From positions 15,857 through 79,856 of the forward strand of contig MHFR01000053.1 of the NCBI GenBank assembly GCA_001804285.1: 64,000 nt of DNA, written 5' to 3'. Below are positions 10,401 to 22,400 of the stretch, one piece after another. The notes below the pieces were generated by a model that was given only the letters and a program-made list of their open reading frames with translations, did not search any database and was not told the origin of the DNA. This DNA is from Candidatus Danuiimicrobium aquiferis. Its GTDB lineage: Bacteria > Omnitrophota > Omnitrophia > Omnitrophales > Danuiimicrobiaceae. The first letter of the stretch is position 1; each line of letters opens with the position of its first letter. Position numbers and translations under genes: made by a program.

Positions 10401-13400
10401 CCTTGGCCAGCGCCATGAGCTCATCGAAAGAGGCCCGGACTTCGCTGCGCTGTTCTTCCCGAATTTTTTCGGCAAGTTGATCGACCTTTTCTAAACCATT
10501 ACGATTCTTCGGCGAAGCCAATAAATTAATCGCGGCCTGGTCCAGCTCATCACCGGCCGAAATTAATATGTGTTTTAATTTTTTCGTAAGCCGGTCCACC
10601 TTTTCTCCGCTTAAAAACCATAAAACGTCGACAGCCGTTCGAATGCCCGAAGCAGGCTCCCCGGACGCGGCGAACCGGCTTAATCTTTCCTGGATTGTTT
10701 TTTCAATTGAATCCCGAAATCCGGAAAAACCTTTTTCACTGTAGATCGATCTCAGAAAAATAAGTTCGGCTGCTATCGGCGAACCATCTTCATTCTGCTC
10801 AATCGCTTTTCGAACGTCCCGAATCACTACGATGCCAACCCCGGCGCTGAGCGGTTCGAGCACTTCGTCAACATACCGGTGGACCGTTTCTTCTTCGGTA
10901 AAAAGATGCGCAAAAACCCTCACTTCTTCAAAAAGTTTCCGGACCTGCTCGAATGAAATGTCCGGCTTAGCCGCAAGATCATGAACATACCGGTACATCT
11001 CTTTCAGCGTCAGGGAATCGACCCCGCTATAAAGCTTGAACCAGTCAACCTTATACCGGTCTTCCGGATGCTCCAGATAATGCTTGAAAAATTCCATTCT
11101 TAGTTTTGACAAATCATCCCCAAACCACGACCGGTCTCCTCTAAACACGGCGTTAGAGGTCGGCCCCTTTTCCGAAAAGCTGAAGAACGAAATCAAAAGC
11201 AGTTGAGCACTCATTGATAATTCTGCGTCATCAGACCAGATGCTTTGATAGACCAAATCCGCGAAATGCGCCCCTTCTTCAAATACAAAAGCGGGGATAT
11301 TGTCTTTTGTCGCTTCCCGGGAGAACATTTTTTGTTGCAGCAACGAAACCGTTTGTCCGAGCTCTACCGTGTAGAACGACAGCAATCCCTCGCCCACCGT
11401 ACGAATGACGTTGTTCAGCGTTGCATCCGATTGTGCAAAAAAATCATCGGCGCGAATGATCGCGTCTGCTTCTTTCAACCGCGCCGGTAAAGAAGAGCTC
11501 CGGGTATCCGGCACGAGCGCCGCGACAAAATGTTCGTATTGCGGATGGCGAGTCCCGACCGTCTCGGCAAATCTAATTTTCGGATCGCCGGCTGTCCGCC
11601 GGATCGCTAACATACACAAAAACTTCAGATAAACCTGCACATTCTCTTTGACGTACATCTCATCAAAATATTTTCTGATTTTTTGGAACGCTTTATCTCC
11701 GAAGTTTTTGTTGATGGCGGCAACAAACGGGACTGAAATTTTATAATTGATGTTTCCGGCATGCCGGTCCACCAGATGCACATGAAACAACACTAAATAT
11801 TCGAGTAACGGATTCGGCGCGCGGGAAATATATTCGATGATCGCGTCCGCGGCATCACGCGGCCCCAGGTCCGACCTGATAAACGCACGGGCTCTTTCCA
11901 CCGAAGCGTCAATATCTCCAAAGAATTCGGAACGGTCCGCTGTGGCCCCGCGATAAATCGTCGCCATGATACTGCGTTCGGCGAGCAAATGTTCCGGGAC
12001 CGGTTTTCCTTGTTGGTCCGCAATTAAAAATTCATTCACTTCCGCGTTTAAATCTAAAATTCCGTTTCCGCTTTTCCCCAGATCTCCGAATTCATTAATG
12101 ATATATTGAACGACGGCCGGCTTTTCGCGCGGGCCCTCGGCTGCTTCCGGTATCCCGGAAGAAGTCATGCTTTCGGCAGGAATGTGGAGCCGTAATCCCC
12201 TGGGATCCTGAATCACCGCTCCGCCTTTTCGTCTTGTTTCCGCTTCAAGTTCATCACGCGGGTCCTGCATGAATGAACCCGGCCCCATTTCAAAGACTTT
12301 CACATCCCGCGGGAAACCCCACCGATCCGCCAAAGCAGGATCGATTTTTCCGATCACGCGTCCGCCTTGACCCATATTGGGACCGTCAGCCGGTGTCTCC
12401 GATACCGGTTCTGGCCCTAAAGGACCGCTTTGCGGGAGAACCGGAGTTGTTTCCCCGCTCGACGCAGCAACAGTTCTTGTATACTGATCATAATTTGCAA
12501 CAGCCAACTCGTTAATAGCGCGAGCAACTGCCTCGATTTCCTCGACAAAAACTTCAAGTTGAACGTGCAACGCCGGATCAACATTCGGATTATCGGCCCG
12601 CGCAGAACCAACGCTTAGCTGCAAGGATTCCCACTCGGAAAGCGAAAGAAATCTCCCCTTTCTGATCTTTGCATATAACGATTCCTGGCCTAATGCTTTA
12701 AAAAGAGGGCCGACAGAACGCCGTCTTACCACTTCAAAGAAAGCAAGGCCACGAGAAAACTTTTGCAAACTTTGTTCAAGAAATTGCGGCTGTCCTCTCA
12801 CCATCGTCTCGGCAAACAGAATTCGTTCTCTCCCGCTATTGAGCGCCTGATTTAACTTATTCCTTCCGCTTTCGGTATTTTGACCGATATTTTTGAAATA
12901 TTGTGCATGGGTAACCGGCGACAAATCATTGAGCGCAACTAAAAACTGGTGATATTCTCTTTGCGAAAGATTCCGGTTTTCATATAGTCGTGTTTTCTTA
13001 AAAATCCCGAGATTCGTCAGCGCGGTATTCACCGCATCGTTCATGATAAAGAAACCGCGGCTCAACTCAACTCCTAAAGCAGGATCTAAATGGCCGGAGG
13101 GTTGAAATGGTGATAAATCAATTTTCGGAAGAATATGACTTACTGCAGCCGGTAAGGTTGTTTCGGGTGTCATTGCGAGGCGAGAATCTGCTGGTTGCCG
13201 CGGCAATCCCTGCTCTAAGATTGCTTCGTTCGCCTCCGGCGAACTCGCAATGACGGGCGTGGCCGGTGCTTCAGGCTCAGCTTCTTCGGCTTCTATAATA
13301 GTCTCTGCTCCCGATGCGGCAACTGAAGGAGCTATCGGTTCAGCTATGGATTCTGGGAGGACTGGCACATCAACGCCGGACCTTGGCGCTTGGGCAACCC

Positions 13401-16400
13401 GTCTTCGCATGGCCAAAGTTCTTGTTTCTTCTTCAGGATAAATTTCGCGGGGCAATATTTCTTTCAATAGAAGCAACGACTCCTCGATCAACCCGCGAAT
13501 TTCGTCAAATATTTTTTCATGCTCGGGCAAATTCGCCCTAATCCATTCGCCGTCAGGAATCGCACCACGAAGCCCGACCAACCTTTTCACCAACCGGACA
13601 TATTGCTCGTTGATGTATCTGGCTTTCGTCTGTTTTGTGTGTTCCGCAACACGGTTTTTTGTACTCCGGACAAAATCCCGCACCGTTTCCGGCTGGGTTC
13701 GAAGAAACCCGTGCAATTCCTGCGTGGTCAATTTGGATTTGACGGTCTTTCTGGTTACGATTGATTCGGCGTGAATTTTTTCCCCGAGCTTTTTTCTCCA
13801 CTCGTCTAATGCGGGAACCGTCAATTCATTGATCCGCAGCCTTTCAAATTGGCCTACCAATTCTTTTCTGCTCCAGGATGAAACCACAGCGTCCTCCGGT
13901 AACACTTCCGCTAAAAATTGATTGATCTCGACGAACCGGTAATCTTTCCCTTTCACGTATCCCGGCAAACTGAAATCTTCCAGCTCCTCGCCATTCAAAA
14001 CAATCAGCGTGACCGGTTGTGCGGGATCGAAAAGGTCGGGATGTAATTCTTTGAGCAATGTATATTTAATAATGGCTTGCCCGATATCCGCAATGTCCGA
14101 ACCCAGCTTTGCGTCATAAATTCCCCGGTTCCATATATAGTCGGGAGCGCGATATTCCGACAAAAGCGGGTCGGACGCCACAAATCCGTCATAATCAAAG
14201 CGGCCCTGGCTCACGTGATGAAAAACAAGCGCAACCAATCGTTCGAACACATCTCCCTTCAGCTGCGCGTAATCCTTGGGTTTCCGCTCCGCCGTGCTTG
14301 CGGTTCGCTTCGCCGGCGTGTCTTTCTCCGTTGTGGTCGACGCAATCGCCATACTCCACTCTTCGGGTTGTTCCGAAAGCTTACCCATTTTGCGAATGAC
14401 GATCGCTCCGACAGAATCCGCATTCTTTTTCACTTCCGAAACAGATAGGTTCTGGGCCACGGCCGGCGAATCTTCGCCGAGCAGCGCGGAACCATTTCGC
14501 GGGACATAGATCTGTAAACCAAAACTATTCGTATCGGCATCGTAAAACGGAACAAGGTAATATTCGAGATGCCTGTATTTTGCTAAACCCGAAAACCGGA
14601 CAGGAGAAATAGATTCTTCCTCACCTCTTTGAATTTTCAACACATAAGCCACATCCTCCAACCCTCGCTGATTGACGGTCACGGCCATTTCCGGCTGCGC
14701 AGAACGGATTCCCGCTAACCATTCTTTATACTCTTGGGGCAAATAGCCTTGAGACATGTCTAATGCATAAGTTTTCTTGACCGGTTTCGGCCGTGCGGCT
14801 GGCTTCGCGCTCTTTTCAATAATACCCTTCCCCCATTCGGCCATCAGCCGCGGAAGTCCCATCCCGAGGTGTTCGGCTATAAATTGAAGCGTCTCCATCG
14901 CCCCTGTAAACATACTACGTAATTCATCGGTGCTCGGTTCGTTTGCTAAGGGTTCGGGTTCAAGCCGGACTTCTTCCAAAACCGCTTCTTCGGGCGCCGA
15001 GACAACCAGCCCCAGCCCTTGCTCCAAAAATTCGCGCGTTGCCGCTTCCGTTTGAACCGGATAAGTGCCGAGGAATTTTCCGCCGGAAATTAAATTTGTT
15101 TTGTCGGGAGTTCTTCGAATAGCTTGTGCAATGGATTGCAATTTTTCATGATCTTTCAGCGTTGTCTCATTCTTTTTTTCGCTGACCGACAGGATATAAA
15201 TATGTTTGCTGCCGGGCGAAACATAATACACAACGCGAAGGAATCCCTTCGTTCCGCTCCCCAATGGAAAATCTCGAAGTGGATTTAAGTCCGCAAACTT
15301 CGGCGTCTCGCTGCTTCGTCCTTCGAGCAATGTCACCAATTTGGCCCGAATGTCAGGCCCGTAGGCTTGTGCCCGCGCCGTTAATTCGCGAAACGCCTGG
15401 TCCGTCAGAACAAGGCTCCGGTCCGTTTCAATCCTCACCCGGAGCGGGGAAATTTCAAGAAGCTTGATGTGTCCCTTCCGCAATTGACCGTTTGCGCGTA
15501 AATGTTCCAATCCCGGAGGTAAGTCGTCAAAATGGCGCGTACGGATTTCGAACCGGTCATTTCTGAAATCGTTTTCCAAAGGCCCGGCTGCCCGTTCGAA
15601 AGCCGCCGTTAAACTGTGCTCCGTCAATTCAGGACTTACCTGGATCACCCGGACATTCCGGTTGTGCCTTAAAAGTAAACGCATGGCCGATGAAATATTT
15701 TCCGGCAAATTTTGCCAGGCACCGGTTCCGACGCTATATTTTGTACTCGTCAAATAAACGGTTTGACTACCCTGATTTTTTTCCCGGATAAAATGAACCA
15801 GCGGTACCGTGGCAGTACGGGCTTCGGACCTGAATTGAGTTCCGAGTTCCGAGTTTAAAGTTCCGAGTTTACCGAAAAAGGGGACAGGCATATGACTCAA
15901 GTTGAGCGATTGCCTGTCCCCTTTTTGTTTGCTGTCATTCCCGCGGAAGCGGGAATCCAGCTGGATCCCCGTTTGCACGGGGATGACACCCTTGTTAGCT
16001 TTAAAGTTGCGAACTTCCGCCCGACCGGCACCCCCCAAACGTTGGGCACGATCAAACACACCCACGTTATGTTTTGCCCATCGCCTGATTTCAGGATCCG
16101 TCGAATTTAAAAACGTTTCCGAGTCCCAAATATTAATCAAAATGTCCTGCGCACGCGAAATCCCGACATTCCGGCGTTTCTTCCCGTCCACCGGGTCCGC
16201 CAGAAATCCGACCGATCCGCCCTTGTTTGAACGGACCCACGATAAAATGACTGCTTTGTATTCCGATCCGATCGACGAATCAACGGTGATCACTTTAAAA
16301 GCGCCGCTTGACACATCCGCCGAAGGAACAAATGAATTCCCAAGGTCAAGATCACGGAGAAATTGCGTAGCCATTTCCTTGGTCGGCTGTGCGATAAAGC

Positions 16401-19400
16401 GCCGGACATCCGCATCAAATAATTTCATTTCTTCCTGAATTATTTTTTCCCGCTCGGGATAAGCTTTTTGACGAAAAGTCGGATCTTCACGGCTGAACTC
16501 CTGGAAAAGATTTTCATGCATCCGGAAACGGACAAATTCTGATTGGAATATCAAATTCAACGCAGCGGCAGATTCTGCGGAAATCGCCGGCGGTCCTTGC
16601 GCAGAAATAACAGATGAAAACGCTTCATGAATTTTCGAAAAATGAAGCAACGCATCCGAAATCATGTCAACCTGCCTCTGATAAGGCGAAATGACGGCAA
16701 TGTCCTTCGCCGCGACACCCTGTCGATTGATAAGCCGGTTCACCCAGCTCACAGCTAAGTTAATTTCGCCGCGGTTAAAGCGGCCCATTTCATCCACTTG
16801 CCCGGTCTTCTCTTCCCGGTAAATTCCTCTTGTATCTTCTTCAATGACGGTACCGTCGACATCACGCCCGGCAATTAATTTCCCATGATAAAAATAATTA
16901 ATGAGATCCACGATCAAACGGCCGGACCGGCGTTGAATATCGAAAAAATAAAAGGGCGGCTGCGTCACGCGAAAAACTTCCGCATCCCGGGTGAAAAATA
17001 TATTAATCATGTTCTCAAGCAGAGAAATTTTAAATCGCCCCAATTTTGCGGGATCGAAGATTTTCGAAAGCTGCCGTGTCCCAAACGGGGTTTGAATGTC
17101 CCGTATCTTCCAGATCAGAAACTCGTTCATGGCAAATTTAATGTCGTCGTCCCCCAATCCATAGGCCGGCAATTGTTCGTGATCTCCGACAATCAGTACT
17201 TTTTGCCGACCGCTGGACGACCCCTTAAATTTATAAACGGGGAGGAGCGTTTCAGGAACCGTTCCGCGGCTCGCCTCATCAATAATAATCACATCGGCAT
17301 TCCATAACTGGGGCCTCTTTTGAAGGTCCGAGTCAAGCGGCATTCCGTTTGTCGTTCCCAAAGTCAATGTCCCTTTTCCGGCCGCGCGCAAACGAACTAA
17401 TGAATCCAATTTCTCTTCTTTCACATTCCACAAAAGCTCCAACACTTTCTGGTCAATCGGCTCTTCGTTATTTCCAACGCGGGCAATCGGTCCTTGCCCG
17501 TCTTTAAGAAGTTCCCGGTCCATCAATTTGAGTGCCACATTGTCAACGCCGGGATTGGTTTGTGACAAAATCAGCACTTTCCGTCCCAATTTTAAAAATA
17601 ATTCCGCAAGCCAAACAATCGCTGTTGTTTTTCCGGTTCCGGGGGGCCCTTGATATAACGCGATCGGAACGGAACTCATCAGACCTTCGATAACACCCGC
17701 CTGTTGAGCTTTATCAAGCTGCTGTTTTTCGGCTTGTTCCTTGGCTTCAACCGTCGTTTCAATTAATGCGTGTTCATCGCTCACCCGCCCGTTTTGTGCA
17801 GGATCCGAAATAAACAAAGAAAGTCCCAGCAACAAATCAAACCGGGGATCTCCCGTCGTTGCTTTGGAAACTTTTTCGGAAATACCACTCGCTCCCAATT
17901 TTTTTAAATCAATAGCGATATGTCCGTGTGCTGTCCGCCCGAGATTTGAAACTACATCATCCAGCATATCTTTTTGATTCACCCACGATGAATTCTTGAT
18001 CCGGATGAGAGCTCCTCCCTGCTTCAATGCATCTTCAAGCTCGGATTTGATATAATCGTAACCTGCGGACACCTTCGGCAGTTCAAATTCCAGAGAATCG
18101 GTCCCGGTCTGCTTCACGCGGAAAAAGGGCTGTAACGCCTCGGTTTTCCCTTTCGGCTTAATCCGGAATGTATCGCCCCGCCAAACAAATCCTTTCAATT
18201 GTTCTGCCGGAATACCATGCGCAATAAACCCATTATGCGTAAACTCGATGGTTTGGAATGTAAATTCAATCGCGGCAGACGGTGGGAGCCCTTTGGCTCG
18301 TCTCTCCCGTTCATCGCGTTTGTTTTCCGCTTCGACCATGGCCCCAATCATAAAATCATCGTCAATCAATTGCGGCATCCAGTAATTCGCCATGGCGTGT
18401 GAAATCACAATCCTTGCGAGTTCCAAATAATTCTCGGACGCCGGATAATCCGCATTCAACTCAAACACGAGCCGGCTCCATTGAAAGGCTTTTGTATAAA
18501 GCCCGTCATTCAAGGACCTCAACGCTTCCTCTAAAATGCTTTGATACGCTTGGTCCCGATGCTCGGGAAATGTAGCAAGTTTCTGAACATTTTCAAAGAA
18601 AGAGGCAATCGGTCCGTCTTTTTTAATTTGTTCTTGATATTGACGGACCAGGCTTCTCGATTTTTCGATTTGTTCAAATAAATTTTCGACATCCGTCCGG
18701 TTCCGCGCAAATGGCCAAGATGTCTCCGCGACGGCAACAGCCGCCTGAAGCTTACGTTCCGCTTCTAAATACCGGCTTTCGTCCATCAATCCCGAAACCT
18801 CGTCAAGGCGGCTCGCAAATGCTTCAAACGCTCTCACCAATCCTTTAATGACGACGTCTCCCGCCGGTCCGGCCTGAAGTTCTGTTAAAATCCCGATTCC
18901 CTCCGGTCCTTTTCCCTGCTGAACCAAGGTTCGCGCTTGTTGAATTTTTTCGATATTCGAACGGATTCGCGCGGCTTCGGGATTCTCCGGATTTACACCC
19001 ATCAACTCATCAATCGTTTTAAGCGCTTCTTCAAAATTCAAATGTTTATATTGATCGCGCATTTGTTGAAGAAGACCCTTCGCCTTCGCAACCCGTTCGG
19101 AAAGTTGAGCGATCGCTGTTTGAACCTCTGGCTCCGTCGCCCGAGGATTGATCTGACCCAATAACCGGCCGGCGTCATCATAACGGCCCTGATCGTAAAA
19201 ATCGCGCGCGATTCGAACCAGATCCGGGCCGCTCAGATCATGCATCCATTTTTTCAAAATCGCTTCCACCTTTTGCCGGATCGCCGAAGCCATCTCCGGC
19301 CGCCTTGATACACCGTCCAAAAATAAATAATCTCCGGAATTGGGCGTAACAGCAGCTTCGTATTCGGCCAATATTTTACTTTCCCGCGAAACGGATTGTT

Positions 19401-22400
19401 GCCCCGGCTGTTCGGTCAGTGTTTCGATATGCGATCGAATCATGGTTCTCAAAAACTGCGGATTGATTATTTTGATGTACCACAGAATTTGCTCGATTTC
19501 CCACTCTGCGAGCGGCTCATCCGGCGCAGACAACAATAAACTCGCCCATAAATTGAGAATACGCTGAATCTGCTCCGCGGGAAGCATTAAAACAAAACTG
19601 GCAACCGATGACCTCATCGTCTCCGGATGGTCGGATGAATCAAAATACCGCTTTAATTTTTTCCTTATTTCACTCACGGGAAGCAAGGTTTCGCGAATTG
19701 TCCGGAGCGCGTCTTCTTTCCGCTGATTTAAATCATACGCAACGGCAAGCATGGGCGAAATATATATACTGCGATAATAGTCCGCCGGATATTCCTGCTG
19801 CGTGGCGACCAGAACCGATTCGAGCGCCTTGTCATTTTCCCCCTGCACCAGATGGGAAAAACCTTTCGCCATTTGAAACGGGACTTGAGCGCCCCGGCTT
19901 TTTGATTCCTTAGTCAACCGTTCATATTGGGGGAATAATCGCTCCAGTGCCGCCTTCATTTTTTCAGCTTCGGACAACCATCCATTTGAGCGCGCAATAT
20001 GGTAAGCCATAATCAAAAATTCAACACTGCGGATATATTGCCCGGAAGAACCTTCTTTGATTTTTTCCGGTTTTTCCGCAATCGGAATCATTAATTTAAC
20101 GAATGTTCCAAATTCCTCCAAATCCCAAGCCAGCCCGGCCACTTGCATTAAATCCTGAGCATCGTTTTCAGAAAGAACAAAATCAAGAGAACGATTTAGA
20201 AATTCCGTTAACGCGCGTCTCCCCTCCTCATCCGACTGGAGCTTTGCATAGAACAACCCAAGCGAAATATAAGGCAGTGAATCTATCAAATCCCGGAAAG
20301 GCACTTTATTTTTTGCAGGCAGCCAATCTGGTTTTTTTTCTACAAGTTCTTTGACCCGGCTAAACCAATGATCCAAATATTGAGCGCTCTCCTTTGTTTT
20401 TCCCGTCATCATCGCACCCATGGAAGCCATCGCCGTCATTTGAAAGAAAGAATCATTTTTCAAAAAAACTTTTCGCGCTGAACTTACATCTTCTGTTTTT
20501 CCGCTCCCTGTTGCTTTTTTAACTAATTCGGCTGCTTTCCTCTGGTATTCCTGATGCAATCCTTCCACCGATTGCCAATCGCCCGCATCAGTAAAAACCT
20601 TGGTTAATTTCATCAATAGTTGCAGACTTTGTGCATCCGCAGAAAATATTTTAATTTTTTTAAGCAATGTTCCCCGTTCAGCTGCAATAAATTCTCTGAG
20701 TCCCTCGACCATCCGAACCTGCAACCAATTGAGCCGTCCGGATATTTCGAGAAAAGAGTCCAAAGCAACCACCCCCATTAAATAGAAAACCGGATGCATA
20801 TGAGTTGCCCCCATCATCTCGCTCATCTTCTGTTCCAGGCTGCTAATTTGTGAAAAAAACACTTTGGCGTCATAATCCGCCCGAATAAATTCTCCGGTGA
20901 GCCACTCCGTAAACTTAATTTGCCGGCGCTCGTGAAGCCTCATCGTTGAGATGGGCCCGGCAATAATTGAATCGTGGTACATGTCGTCATAGCTGACTGT
21001 CCTGGACGCAATTTCTTTGGCTTTCGCCTGAAGCCGCGCATACGTAACTTTGTTTTTTGCGACTCCCATCATTCGGTGAATCCGCCTCAAAGCACTCAAC
21101 CTGTTTTCGTCTTCTTCACCCGCTAAAAGAAATTCCAATTTTTCCCAGTCTTCCTCGCTCATGGTTTTTTGATTCAAGACCTCCCATGTCTGATTCATCA
21201 AATCACTCATTTCAATGTCTGTATACCGGTTAGCAAATTTATACAAGGCGAGGAATACAGATTTTTCTTTCGGCCATTCGTTCAACTTCCCCAAAATGGC
21301 TGACACCAAATCAGAAATCTCATCGCCGTGCCCGGACCGGTTGAGTAACGCAAGTTGATTCAAATGAACCTGCTGATCAATCTCCGGAAGCCGCAGCAAG
21401 ACTTCCAAAAACAATTTAAATATCTGATGCGCCTGTTCGTGACTCCCTGTAAGTTGATATAGACGCGCCAAATCAAACAGGACATACATCAGGAAAATAT
21501 TTTCTTTGGTGTTTCGATATTTTTCTGCAAGTGCGCTTAAAATATTGATCGCTTTCTGATACTCTTTCTGATACAGGGAAAGAGACGCGAAGAAATAAAA
21601 CCGCCAATCCAACGGGTCTGTGTCGCCCAAATCGTCCGTCAGCATTCGGAAAGCCAAAACATCTTCACGAACAATATCCGTTGCCTTGGCAAAAAATGAA
21701 ACCGCGCTTTGGTCCGCCGTATCCTCGTTTAGCAGCTTTGTCGCCAACATCCGCAAAGCCGCAAAATGAATCGTTTTGACGATCGGAAGACTATTTTTTT
21801 CTCCCACTAGCGGAGTCGTGATCTCAATCGTTTTGACCAACTCTTCATCACCGGCCAGCAATAAAAATACTGCCTTCTCAGATAGCAATCTTTCCTGAAT
21901 TAATTTTTTAGATTCCTTATCTTTTCGAAAAAATGATGACCGCTCCACTAAAACCAGGGCTTGATCAAGCCATTTTATTGTTTGGGTGATTTCATCGCTT
22001 TGAAGCGGCAGATTAAATTTTCGCAAGACTTCCGCAAAATCAAGGGTGGCAAAAGCGCGCCGCTCTTCCAGGAAGTCAGGCTCTCCAAGCAACATTTCAA
22101 GTTCCACCCGCATTTTATCGTACCGTTTAAGGTCCCTGAAAATATCCACCAGCAGCAAACGCCGGCCGATCAACAATTGAGGCTGATTCTGAAATACAAT
22201 CAAGGTTTCATACGTCATATGAATGAGCTCTTCATAATTTCCCTGAATCCTTAAAATAGCCTCGGCCATATAGTAATAAAGAGGCAGTTCCCTGCTGATA
22301 ATATTTTCCTGCGAAGAGAGTCTCACTCTAGGGTCATGCATCTTTCCAAGTGCAAGACGGGCCGGTTTTATTCGCTTTTTCAATTCATCGAGAATCAGAT

